Notes: a model not told the origin generated them from the sequence alone. 64,000 bases of DNA from Myxococcales bacterium (GCA_045863395.1 BTVJ01000035.1:11516-75515), one strand, 5' to 3'. Counted from the stretch's first letter, positions 27,671 to 37,804 are shown. A program made the numbers and translations.

Positions 27671-29450
27671 GCTTCGCCTCCCGTCCCCGCGCGGCGCCAT
27701 CGATGTCCCCCAGGAGCCGCCCCGCCCGCTCCAGCGCCTGGCGCATCTCGTCGCCTCGCGTCGAGGCGGGCGCGAAGCGGGCGAAGTCGCAGTTCTCCAG
27801 CTCGGCCACCAGCTCCGCAGCCAGCGCGTCGGGCACGCCGGCCTCCAGCAGGCGGATCCGCAGCGCGTCGTGCGTGAGGCCCTGGGCGGCCACCCCGAAG
27901 CGGTCCTCCACGAACTGGAGCAGCGCCGCCGATGTGGCGCTGAACACCTCGCGGACGTTTCCCTGCTTCATGTGGGCCTCCGCCGCCCGGAGCTGGGCGC
28001 GCGCGGCCGTCAGGGCGCGTCGGGTGCGGAGCGCCCCCGCCTGGGAGGCCTGTCGCCGCTGGAGCTGCCACCGCGCCTCTACGGCGGCCCACCCGAGGAG
28101 CGCGGCCGCGAGCAGGCCCCACACCAGCGGCGAGGGGCGGCCGTTGGTGGCCGCGCGGTTCGCCAGGGACACGCCGGTGACGATGGGCTTCAGCGTGCTC
28201 GCCTCCTGTGAGCTGGCGCCTGCCTCCACCGTCGCGCGGGCCACCTCGACGGTGAGCGGGGCCGTAGACGACTGGACGTAGCGACCCGCGCGGGGGTCGA
28301 AGCTGTGCAGCGTCAGCGGGGGGAGCGTCAGCGTCCCCGGCCGCGTGGGCGTCACGACGTAGCTGAACCGCACGGCGCCGTGGATCCCCGTCGCGTCCCG
28401 GACGATGCCGGCCGTGTCCGCGCCCGGGAGCAGGTCGACCCGCGCTCCCTCGACGGCCGGCGGCGTGGGTGGCTTGACGCCCGCCAGGTTCCCCGAGCCC
28501 TCGACGGTGACCGTCAGCACGAGGCGCTCGCCGACGGCGCCAGCTGCATGACCACCCAGATCCGCGGCGATGGAGAGCTGCCCCACGTTTGCGGCGCCGA
28601 AGCCCGGCGGTCGCCCCTCGGCCGGGAGCGGGAGGACCTCCATCTCCACGGGCTCGCTGCGCACCGTGTAGGTGCGCTGTATGAACACGTCGCCCGCCGC
28701 GAGCTGCATCTCCATGGGGTCGATGATCGCCTTGCCGGCCTGGAGCGGCACGAGCACGTCCCGCTTGAGGGTGACGACCACGTAGGTGTGTCGCCCGATC
28801 TGGCGGTTGGACCGTGGGTTCTGCCCGCCGAGCAGGTCCTCCGTGGCGAAGCCCGCCAGCTTCGGCGACTGCGTCATGCCGCGGGCCTCTGCACGCACGT
28901 TGGTCCGCACCCACAGGTCGAAGCCCAGGACGAAGGGCTGCCCCTCGTAGACGCGCGCCTCGCTCGCCACGGGCACGATGAAGAAGGGCTCCCCCGCGTG
29001 CCTCGACACGTCCGCCGCCTGGCCTGGTGCCTGCGGATCGACCGGCTTCGGCTCCGCGACCTGGATGGTGATGGGCCCGGCCTGCGCGACGACCTGCGCC
29101 CCGGATAGGAGCCTCGCCTGACCGATGGTCAGGGCGCCGGCGCGGCGGGGCTGGAGCGTGTACGTGAAGATCACCTGGCTCGTGCGGGTGGCGCCGAGCA
29201 CGATCTGGCGCTGCTGGCTTGTCCCGGTGACGTTCCAGTCCGTCAGGGACGGCTCCTGCACGCTGTCGAAGTCCCCCTCCAGGCGGAGCTGGAGCGTCAG
29301 CTCGTCGTCTGTGGTGATGGCGCGGGCGCTCGGTTCGAGGGTGATGCTCGCCGCGCTCGCCGCCGTGGGGACGAGCAGGAGCAGCGCGCAGAGCGGCGCC
29401 CACCGCGCCGCGCGGCCCCACGTCGCCCATCTCTCCCGGCCTGGGAGCAT
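27660..29450 (-). CDS. batD: BatD family protein
   Basis: Three Ig-like modules, VLPLPAEGRPPGF..NVGQ, GSGNL, C-terminal TM and CDFARFAP. Confidence 0.85.
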   Translation of the reverse strand: MLPGRERWATWGRAARWAPLCALLLLVPTAASAASITLEPSARAITTDDELTLQLRLEGDFDSVQEPSLTDWNVTGTSQQRQIVLGATRTSQVIFTYTLQPRRAGALTIGQARLLSGAQVVAQAGPITIQVAEPKPVDPQAPGQAADVSRHAGEPFFIVPVASEARVYEGQPFVLGFDLWVRTNVRAEARGMTQSPKLAGFATEDLLGGQNPRSNRQIGRHTYVVVTLKRDVLVPLQAGKAIIDPMEMQLAAGDVFIQRTYTVRSEPVEMEVLPLPAEGRPPGFGAANVGQLSIAADLGGHAAGAVGERLVLTVTVEGSGNLAGVKPPTPPAVEGARVDLLPGADTAGIVRDATGIHGAVRFSYVVTPTRPGTLTLPPLTLHSFDPRAGRYVQSSTAPLTVEVARATVEAGASSQEASTLKPIVTGVSLANRAATNGRPSPLVWGLLAAALLGWAAVEARWQLQRRQASQAGALRTRRALTAARAQLRAAEAHMKQGNVREVFSATSAALLQFVEDRFGVAAQGLTHDALRIRLLEAGVPDALAAELVAELENCDFARFAPASTRGDEMRQALERAGRLLGDIDGAARGREAKHAA

Positions 29451-29460
29451 CCGCCTGTCC

Positions 29461-32400
29461 CTACCAGTCCTTCTCGGGCTCAGTGTTGCGGAATGGAGAC
29501 TTCCGCAGCGCGTCGATGGCCTCGAGGTTGTCCAGGTTCCGATCAATCTGCTCCATGGCATCCTCGATCGGGTCTTGCTTCTGGTCCTTCTGGTCCTTCT
29601 TCTCCGGCTCTCTCTGATCCTGGTCCTGATTCTCGTCCTGATCCTGGCCCTTGTCCGGGTCCTGCTGGTCCTGCCCGCTCTGGGGCGGGGGGGGCGTGTC
29701 CAGCCGCAGCACGTAGAAGTTGTGGGCCCCCGGCTTGCCCTGGATCCGGAGCAGCACCGTCTGCTCCTCCTTGGATTCGGGCAGCGGCACCGTCTCCGCG
29801 TTGATCTCGTCGGTGCTCTGCGCGCTCTCCGCGAGCTGCTTCTTCCCCTCGGCGTCGAAGATCGCCAGGTCCAGGTCCCCCTTGGAGTGCTCGAAGAGGA
29901 TGGACGCCACCTTGCGCGTGTCCGGCGGCACGGTCACCCGGATCCAGTCCACGTCCCCGTCGCAGATGCGCAGGAGCGCCGTGGACGCCTGCTCCTCTCC
30001 CGGCACCATCCCGCCGGGCGGCGGCGCCTGGGGTCCCGGGCCCGGGACGTTGGCGCCCACCCCCGGGCGCCCGCCGGGCATCCCCGGCTGGCCCGAGTGG
30101 GGCATCCCCGGCATGCCCGGCTGCCCGGGGGGCATCGGCATCCCCGGCACGCCCGGCATGCTCGGTCGCGGCTGCCCTGGCATCCCCGGCTGACCCGGGA
30201 TCATCGGCATCTGCGGGGCCGCCTTGGCGAGCTCCTCCAGTGGCCGGGCCTGCTCCGGCGTGTCGTTGGGTTCAAGCGGGTCGTTGCCCTCGGGGCACGG
30301 CGGCACGACCTTGAGCTGGAGCTGGACCTTGGCTTCCGTGTCCTCGGCGCCGTCGAGCACCACGTAGTAGGTGCCCGGCCCCGGCGTCAGCAGCGCCGCC
30401 ATGCGCGCTTGCTCGTGGGCCGCTCCCGTGGTCAGCGTTGCCCCGCTCCCGTCGAGCAGGCGCAGGCGCAGCCCGTCCGGGCGTGGCTCCTTCTGGGCGC
30501 TGGCGAAGGCGAACAGGCTCTCGTCCGCACCGAGAGACACCTGGATCCAGTCCGGGTCTCCCGGGCAGACCCGCAGGGCCATGGGCTGATCCAAATCCGC
30601 CGGCGCCGCGGAACCCATGGAGTCGTTCTCCTCCAGCGCGTCCTCCAGGGCCTCGCAGGCCGGCAGCGCGCGAACCGTCAGCGTCACCTTGTACTCGTCG
30701 GGCGTGCGCCCTGTGACGCGGACCATGCGGACCCCCTGCTCGGGCGCGACGAAGGCGATTGTAGTGCCCGGGGTGGGGGTGTCAATCGACGACAGCGCCG
30801 CCTTCGTCCCCCCCATCTCCCACACCTCCACGGCCACCGGCACCCCGTCGGGGGCCGGGTCCGCGCCCTCCTCGGGGGTCGCCTTTGCCTCGATGCTCAC
30901 CCGGTCGCCGGGCTCCACCGCGAAGCCGAACCAGTCCTGGTCGTCCGGGCAGAGCACCAGGTCCGCGGTTGCCTCCTTCTCGTCGTTCTCTTTCGGCTGG
31001 AGCTCCAGGGGCTTGGCGTCCTCTGCCCGGTCATTGGGCTCGAAGCCGTCGTTGCGCTTGCTGCACGGCGGATCCACCCGCAGCAGCGCCACCTCCAGGT
31101 TCCACCGGGCGTCCTGGTCGTCGGGGTCCCTGAGCACGAGCTGCTCGAAGCGGCTCACGGCGGCCTCCCACTTTGGCTTGGCCACGTCGCCCGTCGGTGG
31201 CGCGCCCTCGGGCTCCGCCGCCCCCCCGGCCGCCGCCGCTCCTCTCTCGAGCGCCAGGCCCCACAGCGCGTTGGTGAGGCCCAGGTTATAGATGATGTCG
31301 TCCTCCAGGCCCGGCGGCGCGTCGTCCAGGGCCCGGGCCAGGGCCGACGCAGCCTTCTCCCAGTCTCCCGTCCCCATCAGCGCGGTTCCGAGGTCGTACT
31401 CCAGGGCGCCGCTCGCCGGAAGCTCCTCCCGCGCGGCCTTGTACTTCTCCACGGCGCTGGCCGGATCCCCGTCCGCCAGCGCCTCGTTCCCCTCGTCGAC
31501 GAGGCCGCTGGTCGTGCGGAACATCTGTCCCACCGTGGAGTCTGGCGCGCACCCTACCAGCAGGGTCGCCGCCAGCGCCAGGGCGCGCCGCCGCCGGTCG
31601 GACAGCAGCGCCTCCGCGAGCAGGAGCAAGATGGCGGGCAGCAGCAGGACCTGGAACCGGTCCTCCCCCATCTTCTCGAAGCGCGCCTCGTACTCGCGCT
31701 TCTCCAGCTTGTCGATCTCGCGGTAGAGGTCGTCTGCCACCGAGCGGTTGGCGTAGTGGAAGTAGGCCCCGTCGGTCAGCTTCGCCACCTCGGTCAACAG
31801 CCCCTCGTTGAGCTCGCTGATCAGCGGCGTCTTGCCATCCGCCGCCTTCTGGTAGCCTACGATGGAGCCGTCATCCGTCAGCATGGGGATGGCGTTGCCG
31901 CTTCGCGACCCCACCCCGACCGTGAACACCGCGATCCCGGCGTCGGCGATCTCGTCGGCCACCTTCAGTGGGTCGCTGTCGTGGTCCTCCCCGTCGGTGA
32001 TCAGTATGATCGCCTTGTGCTTGCTGCCCGCGAACTGGTCTACCTCTCCCTCCTTGTCCTCCCCGGCCTTCGGGGGACTCAGCACCTCCAGCGCCAGGCG
32101 CAGCGCGCGCCCCACCGCCGTGCCGCCGACGGGCATGTCCGTCACCTCCAGCTCCTGGAGATAGGACCGCACCACCTCGAAGTCGCTGGTCAGGGGGGTC
32201 TGCACGAAGGGGATGCCGGCGAAGGGTACGAGCGCCACACGCCCGCCGTGGAGCTTCTTGAGCAGGGAGTCGATCTCCAGCTTCGCGCCCCCGAGCCGGT
32301 CGGGCACGATATCCCGCACCTTCATGGACTTGCTCACGTCCAGCGCGATGACGATGTCGATGCCCGTGTTGGTGACCTCCCCCTCGCGCACGCCGTACAG

Positions 32401-32640
32401 CGGCTGCATGGCGGCCCCGACCAGCAGCGCCCCCGCGACCACGAGCATGGCGACCTTGGCCCACTGGCGCCCGCGAGACGTCGAGGCGGCCATGGTCGCC
32501 ACCAGGGGGTGGTCTCCGAGTCTCCGAAGGACGCTCGCGCGCCACGCCATCAAGGACACGAGCGCCACCAGGGCCACGGCCACCCCGATGAACCCCCACG
32601 CGGCCGGCAGGTTGGCCCACTTGATCGCATCGAAGCTCAT
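29461..32640 (-). CDS. batB: BatB-BatC fusion: VWA + TM + TPR + three PPC-like beta-sandwich repeats + acidic Gln-rich tail
   Basis: MIDAS DVSKSM, PLTSD, GTAVG, ITDGED; TPR YNLG..ARWNLE; E(P/E)ND...C..DxDW three times; terminal EKDW. Confidence 0.82.
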   Translation of the reverse strand: MSFDAIKWANLPAAWGFIGVAVALVALVSLMAWRASVLRRLGDHPLVATMAASTSRGRQWAKVAMLVVAGALLVGAAMQPLYGVREGEVTNTGIDIVIALDVSKSMKVRDIVPDRLGGAKLEIDSLLKKLHGGRVALVPFAGIPFVQTPLTSDFEVVRSYLQELEVTDMPVGGTAVGRALRLALEVLSPPKAGEDKEGEVDQFAGSKHKAIILITDGEDHDSDPLKVADEIADAGIAVFTVGVGSRSGNAIPMLTDDGSIVGYQKAADGKTPLISELNEGLLTEVAKLTDGAYFHYANRSVADDLYREIDKLEKREYEARFEKMGEDRFQVLLLPAILLLLAEALLSDRRRRALALAATLLVGCAPDSTVGQMFRTTSGLVDEGNEALADGDPASAVEKYKAAREELPASGALEYDLGTALMGTGDWEKAASALARALDDAPPGLEDDIIYNLGLTNALWGLALERGAAAAGGAAEPEGAPPTGDVAKPKWEAAVSRFEQLVLRDPDDQDARWNLEVALLRVDPPCSKRNDGFEPNDRAEDAKPLELQPKENDEKEATADLVLCPDDQDWFGFAVEPGDRVSIEAKATPEEGADPAPDGVPVAVEVWEMGGTKAALSSIDTPTPGTTIAFVAPEQGVRMVRVTGRTPDEYKVTLTVRALPACEALEDALEENDSMGSAAPADLDQPMALRVCPGDPDWIQVSLGADESLFAFASAQKEPRPDGLRLRLLDGSGATLTTGAAHEQARMAALLTPGPGTYYVVLDGAEDTEAKVQLQLKVVPPCPEGNDPLEPNDTPEQARPLEELAKAAPQMPMIPGQPGMPGQPRPSMPGVPGMPMPPGQPGMPGMPHSGQPGMPGGRPGVGANVPGPGPQAPPPGGMVPGEEQASTALLRICDGDVDWIRVTVPPDTRKVASILFEHSKGDLDLAIFDAEGKKQLAESAQSTDEINAETVPLPESKEEQTVLLRIQGKPGAHNFYVLRLDTPPPPQSGQDQQDPDKGQDQDENQDQDQREPEKKDQKDQKQDPIEDAMEQIDRNLDNLEAIDALRKSPFRNTEPEKDW

Positions 32641-33728
32641 GGGAACTTCCTCAGGACGGTGGCGCGCAGCACGACCTCGAGCCCGATGAGGGCCCCGGCG
32701 ATCAGCACGAAGGGCGGGAACACGTCCCGGTCATGCCAGCGCACCTTGGTCTCGAAGGTGGTCTTCTCCAGCTCCTTCCAGTCCTCGCGAAACTTGTCCT
32801 CGTCGTAGGATTCGAAGTACTTGCCGCCCGTGCGCTCCGCGATGGTCCGCAGGAGCTGGGGGTTCGTGGTGAACGGCCGGTTCGGCCGCTCGTAGCTGAC
32901 CTCGCCCCACGGGTTGCGCATGGGCACGTGGGTCTTGGTCTCGTCCCCCACCAGGAACGTGAAGATGCGGACCTTCTCGTCCTTCGGGCGCGTCGCGATG
33001 TACTCGAGCACGGTCTCCGGCTGGAGCTTGCCCCCCTCGTTGGCGCCGTCGGTGATCAGGACCATGACCTTCGTCTTGGTCTTGCTCTGCTGGAGGCGCC
33101 GCCACGCCCGCGACATGGCGTCGCCGATGGCCGTCCCCGCGCCGCTGATCGTGCAGCCGTTGGAGCAGGTGTCCGTCCCGCGCGCGCGCTCCCCGTTGTC
33201 CAGCACGAGCCCCCGCAGGATGGCCCGCACCCGGGCGTAGTCCAGCGTCAGCGGGAACTTGAGGAAGGCCTTCTCGCCGAAGATCACGAGGCCGACCCGG
33301 TCGCCGTTGCGCGAGCCGACGAAGTCCATCAGCACCGAGCGCGCCACCTCGAAGCGGTTCTTCGGGGTCTTCCGCTCGGCCAGGGTGGCGCGGATCTCCT
33401 CCGGCGTCCGGTCGACGGCCTGCATGGAGCCGCTCATGTCGAGCGCGAGCATCACGTCGACGCCCTCCCCCTGAAGCACCTCGTTGTCGGGCACCTGGGG
33501 CCTGGCCATGGCGACGACGAGCAGCGCGAGGGCGAAAAGCCGCAGCACGTCCGGTAGCCGCACGAGCCGAACCAGGACCCCCGTCCCCACCCGGTCGAGG
33601 GTCGGAGTGTTGGCATAGCGCAGTGCCCCGTCGCCGCGGCGCCAGCGGGTGACGACCCAGGCAGCGCCTGCGACCACGGCCACGAGGAGCAGCAGGAACC
33701 AGGGCTGGGCGAAGTGCAGGTCTCCCAT
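32637..33728 (-). CDS. batA: BatA VWA domain protein
   Basis: FAQPWFLLLL, AMARPQ, LDMSGSM, DRVGLVIF, PLTLD, GTAIGD, LITDGAN. Confidence 0.88.
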   Translation of the reverse strand: MGDLHFAQPWFLLLLVAVVAGAAWVVTRWRRGDGALRYANTPTLDRVGTGVLVRLVRLPDVLRLFALALLVVAMARPQVPDNEVLQGEGVDVMLALDMSGSMQAVDRTPEEIRATLAERKTPKNRFEVARSVLMDFVGSRNGDRVGLVIFGEKAFLKFPLTLDYARVRAILRGLVLDNGERARGTDTCSNGCTISGAGTAIGDAMSRAWRRLQQSKTKTKVMVLITDGANEGGKLQPETVLEYIATRPKDEKVRIFTFLVGDETKTHVPMRNPWGEVSYERPNRPFTTNPQLLRTIAERTGGKYFESYDEDKFREDWKELEKTTFETKVRWHDRDVFPPFVLIAGALIGLEVVLRATVLRKFP

Positions 33729-35206
33729 CACGGCCCCCAGACGTGCAGGACGTTCACGGGCAAGACCCACGTGGTGAACACGAGCGCCACCACACAGGCG
33801 ACCAGCCCGACCACCGCCCCGGCGTCCCCTTGCTCGGGGCGGGGGTCCACGACCCGCGTGCCCGCGATGCGGTCGCCGATGCGCCGCCGGTCCGGGTCGT
33901 AGGCCGCCCAGAGCACCTCTGCGACCTGGCCGCCGACCAGAAGCAGGTTGGGGACGTTGCGCAGGATCCGCGCCCCGAAGGGGGCCGTGCCGTCGCCCCG
34001 CATCAGCCGGAGCCCCGCGAGCGCCTTGCCCGGGCTCCCGGTGGCCGGCATGTCGCGCAGCAGCAGGAAGGCGAGCAGGAGCCCGAGATCCAGCCACGCG
34101 ATCCAGTCTTTGCCCGTCTGCCGCATGGCGACGAGCAGGATGAGCGACACCACGGAGTAGAGCACCAGGTCGATGGAGAACCCGAACGCCCGCTTGAGGA
34201 CGGACGCCGCCACGAGCCGAGGGACCGGCGCCTTCACGACCTGCCGCTCCCGCGCCTCCTCCCGCGTCCGGTCGACGAAGAGCTGGGCCTGCACGAGCGC
34301 GGTGTCCATGTCCTCGCGCTGGGGCTTGAACTTCGCGAACTTGACCAGGTCGGCGTCCCCGAGGAAGACCTGCACCTCTTCGAGCGACAACCCCGGGGTC
34401 TCCAGCCGGGCGAGCGCCCCCAGGAGCTCCGTCGAGGTCTCTCCCAGTGCTCCGATCTCATAGCGGTTGCCGAAGTACTCGCGCACGATCTCCGTGAGCG
34501 CCAGGTAGAACTCCTTGGCGAGCCCCTGCTCCGGCAGCCCCTCCGCCCGCAGCGCCGCGAGCCGCTCATAGGCGACCTCGTGGGCGGGGCGCGGCGGCGG
34601 GGGCGGGGCCAGGCCGCGCAGGTGCTTCGCGTAGATCCGCACGGCCACCAGGGTCGCGGCGGCGGCGAGGAGCGCGACCCCGGCGGCGGCGACGCCCCAG
34701 ATCAGCCACCAGTTCCACTGCTCGTAGGGGACGGGACCGCGCGGCGCCTTCAGCCCTGGATCGGTCTCGCTGGCGAGGAGGCTCCGCACCACGAGGCGCA
34801 AGGGCTCGGTGCTCACCGTGCCCGCGGTGCCATCCTTCAGGACGTAGGGGACCTCGATGGCGGGGATCTTCAGCTTGCCGGTGCGCACGGGCACGATGGT
34901 CAGGGTGTTGCGCTCGACGACCGCGTCTCCGCCGGCCTCCCGCGCCTGGACGTTCCCCGCGAGCCGCGCGCGCTTGCCGACGAAGGGCCGCCCGGGGAAG
35001 TGCACCTGGGCGTCGGCAGGGTAGGTCAGCGTGACGAGCACCGTGACCCGGTCACCTACCTGCACCCGCTCCGGCAGCGGGTCGAAGGCGGTCGTCACCG
35101 TGACCGGCGCCTTGGCCGGCGCCTTGGCCGGCGCCGTCGCTACTGGCGCCTCCTGGGCGGCCGCCGGCGCGGCGGCAAGCAGCAGTGCGAGGACGAGCCG
35201 CACCAT
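33728..35206 (-). CDS. Bat-cluster membrane protein (BatD-like Ig domain + DUF4381-like region) fused to a C-terminal RDD domain
   Basis: PPPRPAHEVAYERL..FY..LTEIVREY..ADLVKFAK, then KRAFGFSID...SPGKALAGLR...RRIGDRIAGTRVV. Confidence 0.75.
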   Translation of the reverse strand: MVRLVLALLLAAAPAAAQEAPVATAPAKAPAKAPVTVTTAFDPLPERVQVGDRVTVLVTLTYPADAQVHFPGRPFVGKRARLAGNVQAREAGGDAVVERNTLTIVPVRTGKLKIPAIEVPYVLKDGTAGTVSTEPLRLVVRSLLASETDPGLKAPRGPVPYEQWNWWLIWGVAAAGVALLAAAATLVAVRIYAKHLRGLAPPPPPRPAHEVAYERLAALRAEGLPEQGLAKEFYLALTEIVREYFGNRYEIGALGETSTELLGALARLETPGLSLEEVQVFLGDADLVKFAKFKPQREDMDTALVQAQLFVDRTREEARERQVVKAPVPRLVAASVLKRAFGFSIDLVLYSVVSLILLVAMRQTGKDWIAWLDLGLLLAFLLLRDMPATGSPGKALAGLRLMRGDGTAPFGARILRNVPNLLLVGGQVAEVLWAAYDPDRRRIGDRIAGTRVVDPRPEQGDAGAVVGLVACVVALVFTTWVLPVNVLHVWGP

Positions 35207-35208
35207 CT

Positions 35209-36090
35209 CTAATACCTCCGCGACCGCAGCCGGAAGTAGTTGAGCAGCGGCTTGGAGTAGGAGTCCCCCGTCCGGAGCGTGATCAGGTCCATCTTCATCT
35301 TCTTGAAGCGGTCCTCCACGGCGGTGAAGTCGATCTTCGCCTGCTTCCGGAAGCGGCGTCGAAACCACCCGAGGTGGGTCGGGGCGATGCGCACGCGCCC
35401 GGTCTCCGGGTCCTCCAGGTGCACCATGCCCAGGTTGGGCAGCTCCTCCTCCAGGGCGTCGGTCAGCAGGATGGGTACGAGGTCGTGGCGGGACGCCGCG
35501 ATGCGGAGCTGCTTGTCGTAGCCGTCCGCCGTGTAGTCGGTGATCAGGAAGGACACGGCCCGGCGTTTGGCGATGCGCAGCAGGTACTCCAGGGCGACGC
35601 CGACGTTGGTCCCCCGGTGGGCGGGGTCCGGCTCGAAGCCGATGATCTCGCTGACCACGCGCAGCACGTGCTTGCGCCCCTTCTTGGGCGGCACGAAGCG
35701 CTCGATGCGGTCGGTGAACAGCACGAGGCCGATGCGGTCGTTGTTCTTGATGGCCGAGAAGGCCAGGAGCGCCGCCACCTTAGCCGCGACCTTCCGCTTG
35801 GGCTCCTTGCGGGTGCCGAAGTCGAGGCTGCCGCTCATGTCCACGAGGATCATGACCGTCAGCTCCCGCTCCTCGACGAAGCGCTTGACGTGCAGCTCGC
35901 CGGTGCGTGCCGAGACGTTCCAGTCGATGAACCGGATCTCGTCGCCGGGCTGGTAGAGGCGCACCTCGTCGAAGCTCATGCCGCGCCCCTTGAACACGCT
36001 GTGGTAGGACCCTGCGAGCTGGTCGTTCACGAGGCGGTTCGTGACGATCTCGATCCGGCGCAGCTCGCGGAGCTCCTCGCGCGTCAACAT
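35209..36090 (-). CDS. DUF58 VWA-like protein
   Basis: SVFKGRGMSFDEVRLYQPGDEIRFIDWNVSAR...EERELT. Confidence 0.93.
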   Translation of the reverse strand: MLTREELRELRRIEIVTNRLVNDQLAGSYHSVFKGRGMSFDEVRLYQPGDEIRFIDWNVSARTGELHVKRFVEERELTVMILVDMSGSLDFGTRKEPKRKVAAKVAALLAFSAIKNNDRIGLVLFTDRIERFVPPKKGRKHVLRVVSEIIGFEPDPAHRGTNVGVALEYLLRIAKRRAVSFLITDYTADGYDKQLRIAASRHDLVPILLTDALEEELPNLGMVHLEDPETGRVRIAPTHLGWFRRRFRKQAKIDFTAVEDRFKKMKMDLITLRTGDSYSKPLLNYFRLRSRRY

Positions 36091-37079
36091 CAAGGGACCT
36101 CGACCTTGTCGAAGATCTGCTGGATCACGTCCTCTGCGGTCAGCTCCTCGGCCTCGGCCTCGTAGGTGAGGATCACCCGGTGCCGCAGCACGTCCATGCC
36201 GATGCTCTTGATGTCCTCGGGGATCACGTAGCCCCGGTGCCGCAGGAACGCGTGGGCGCGGGCTGCCTTGTTCAGGTAGATGGAGGCGCGCGGGCTCGCG
36301 CCGAAGGAGATGTAGTCCTTGATCTTCGCGAGGCCGATCTTCTCCGGGTAGCGCGTCGCGAACACGATGTCGACGATGTACTGCTTGATCTTGTCGTCCA
36401 GGTACACCTGGTTGACCACGCCGCGGGCCTGGAGCAGCTCCTCCGGCGTCACGACCTTGGACACGGACGCGGGGCTGTCGCTGGTCATGCGATCCATGAT
36501 CAGCAGCTCCTCCTCGCGGGTCGGGTAGCCCACCTTCAGCTTGAGCATGAAGCGGTCGACCTGCGCCTCGGGGAGCGGGTAGGTGCCCTCCTGCTCGATG
36601 GGGTTCTGCGTCGCCATGACCACGAAGGGATCGGGCAGCCTGTAGGTGGTGTCGCCGATGGTGACCTGGTGCTCCTGCATGGCCTCGAGCAGGGCGCTCT
36701 GGACCTTCGCCGGCGCCCGGTTGATCTCGTCGGCGAGCACCAGGTTCGCGAACACGGGGCCCTTCTTCACGTTGAAGGTCTGGGTCCGCGGGTCATAGAT
36801 CATGGTGCCGACCAGGTCGGCGGGCAGCAGGTCCGGCGTGAACTGGAGGCGCTGGAAGTGGGCGTCCACCGTGTCGCTGATCGTCTTGACGGTGAGCGTC
36901 TTGGCCAGCCCCGGGACGCCCTCCAGCAGGATGTGCCCACCTGCCAGGAGCCCGATGAGCACGCGCTCGACCATGTAGCTCTGGCCGACGATGACGTTGC
37001 CGACCTCCCGCAGGATGCGGTCGACGAAGGCGCTCTCCCGCCTGACCATCTCGTTGATGACGCGGACGTCGTTCTCCAT
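36090..37079 (-). CDS. moxR: MoxR family AAA+ ATPase
   Basis: Walker A GVPGLAKT, FTPDLLPAD, DEINRAPAKVQSALLEAM, PLPEAQVDRF. Confidence 0.96.
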   Translation of the reverse strand: MENDVRVINEMVRRESAFVDRILREVGNVIVGQSYMVERVLIGLLAGGHILLEGVPGLAKTLTVKTISDTVDAHFQRLQFTPDLLPADLVGTMIYDPRTQTFNVKKGPVFANLVLADEINRAPAKVQSALLEAMQEHQVTIGDTTYRLPDPFVVMATQNPIEQEGTYPLPEAQVDRFMLKLKVGYPTREEELLIMDRMTSDSPASVSKVVTPEELLQARGVVNQVYLDDKIKQYIVDIVFATRYPEKIGLAKIKDYISFGASPRASIYLNKAARAHAFLRHRGYVIPEDIKSIGMDVLRHRVILTYEAEAEELTAEDVIQQIFDKVEVP

Positions 37080-37269
37080 GGGCTCCTCTCGGGGATGCGC
37101 CCCCCGTGGGGCAAATTCATCTGAAATTTCAGTGAGATGTGCGCTCCAGGCTGCTCCGGCGCGGCATAACAACCCGACCCCGGGCGTGGCCATTCCTGGG
37201 CGGGCGGCGCGCAAACATAGGACGAGAGGACGTTGCGGTAAAGGGGGGCGCTGGGTCTCGGGGGTGGGA

Positions 37270-37590
37270 TCAGGGGGCGAGGGTCTTGGCGTGGCTGGCG
37301 ATGGCCTTGATCTCCTCGGGGGTCAGCTTGCCCTCGAAGCCCTTCATCTTGTCCTTGCCCTTGGTGATCACATTGGCGATCTCCTCCTCGGAGAGCGCCG
37401 AGGTCTTCGCCCCGAGCTTCGCGGGGGCTCCGATCTTGTCGCCGGCGGGGGTCACGGTGCCGTCGGGGCCGTGGCAGACAGCGCACTTCTTCTTGAAGAG
37501 GTCGGCGCCATCGGGCCCGTCGGCCATGGCGGTAGAGGCGAAGGTCAGGGCGAGCGCAAAGGCCAGGGTGCCAGCCAGGGTCTTGTTCAT
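37270..37590 (-). CDS. Class I c-type cytochrome (c553/c6-like)
   Basis: Signal peptide, CAVCH haem motif, axial Met in GKDKMKGF. Confidence 0.9.
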   Translation of the reverse strand: MNKTLAGTLAFALALTFASTAMADGPDGADLFKKKCAVCHGPDGTVTPAGDKIGAPAKLGAKTSALSEEEIANVITKGKDKMKGFEGKLTPEEIKAIASHAKTLAP

Positions 37591-37804
37591 CGAGGTTCCT
37601 CCGTGTCAGGTTCAGTGATCCACCGTCGGGGACGGTGGCGAATGATGCCGCACGACGACGGCCGACACAACCGCTCCATTCAGGCCTTGCTCCCACGAGA
37701 AGGTGAATCGGCTTGACCTTCGGCCGTCCCCGACGTAGCAAGTCGCCTGACCCGCCCGCGCGGGTCTCGCTGAGAGCAACGACTCCACGGAGGATGACAG
37801 ACCC

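Noticed and set aside
32429..32441. 13-nt match to the tRNA-fMet 3' end (GCCCCCGCGACCA) as a possible att site
   Set aside because: Inverted relative to the tRNA, inside a CDS, GC-rich, and no integrase is present.
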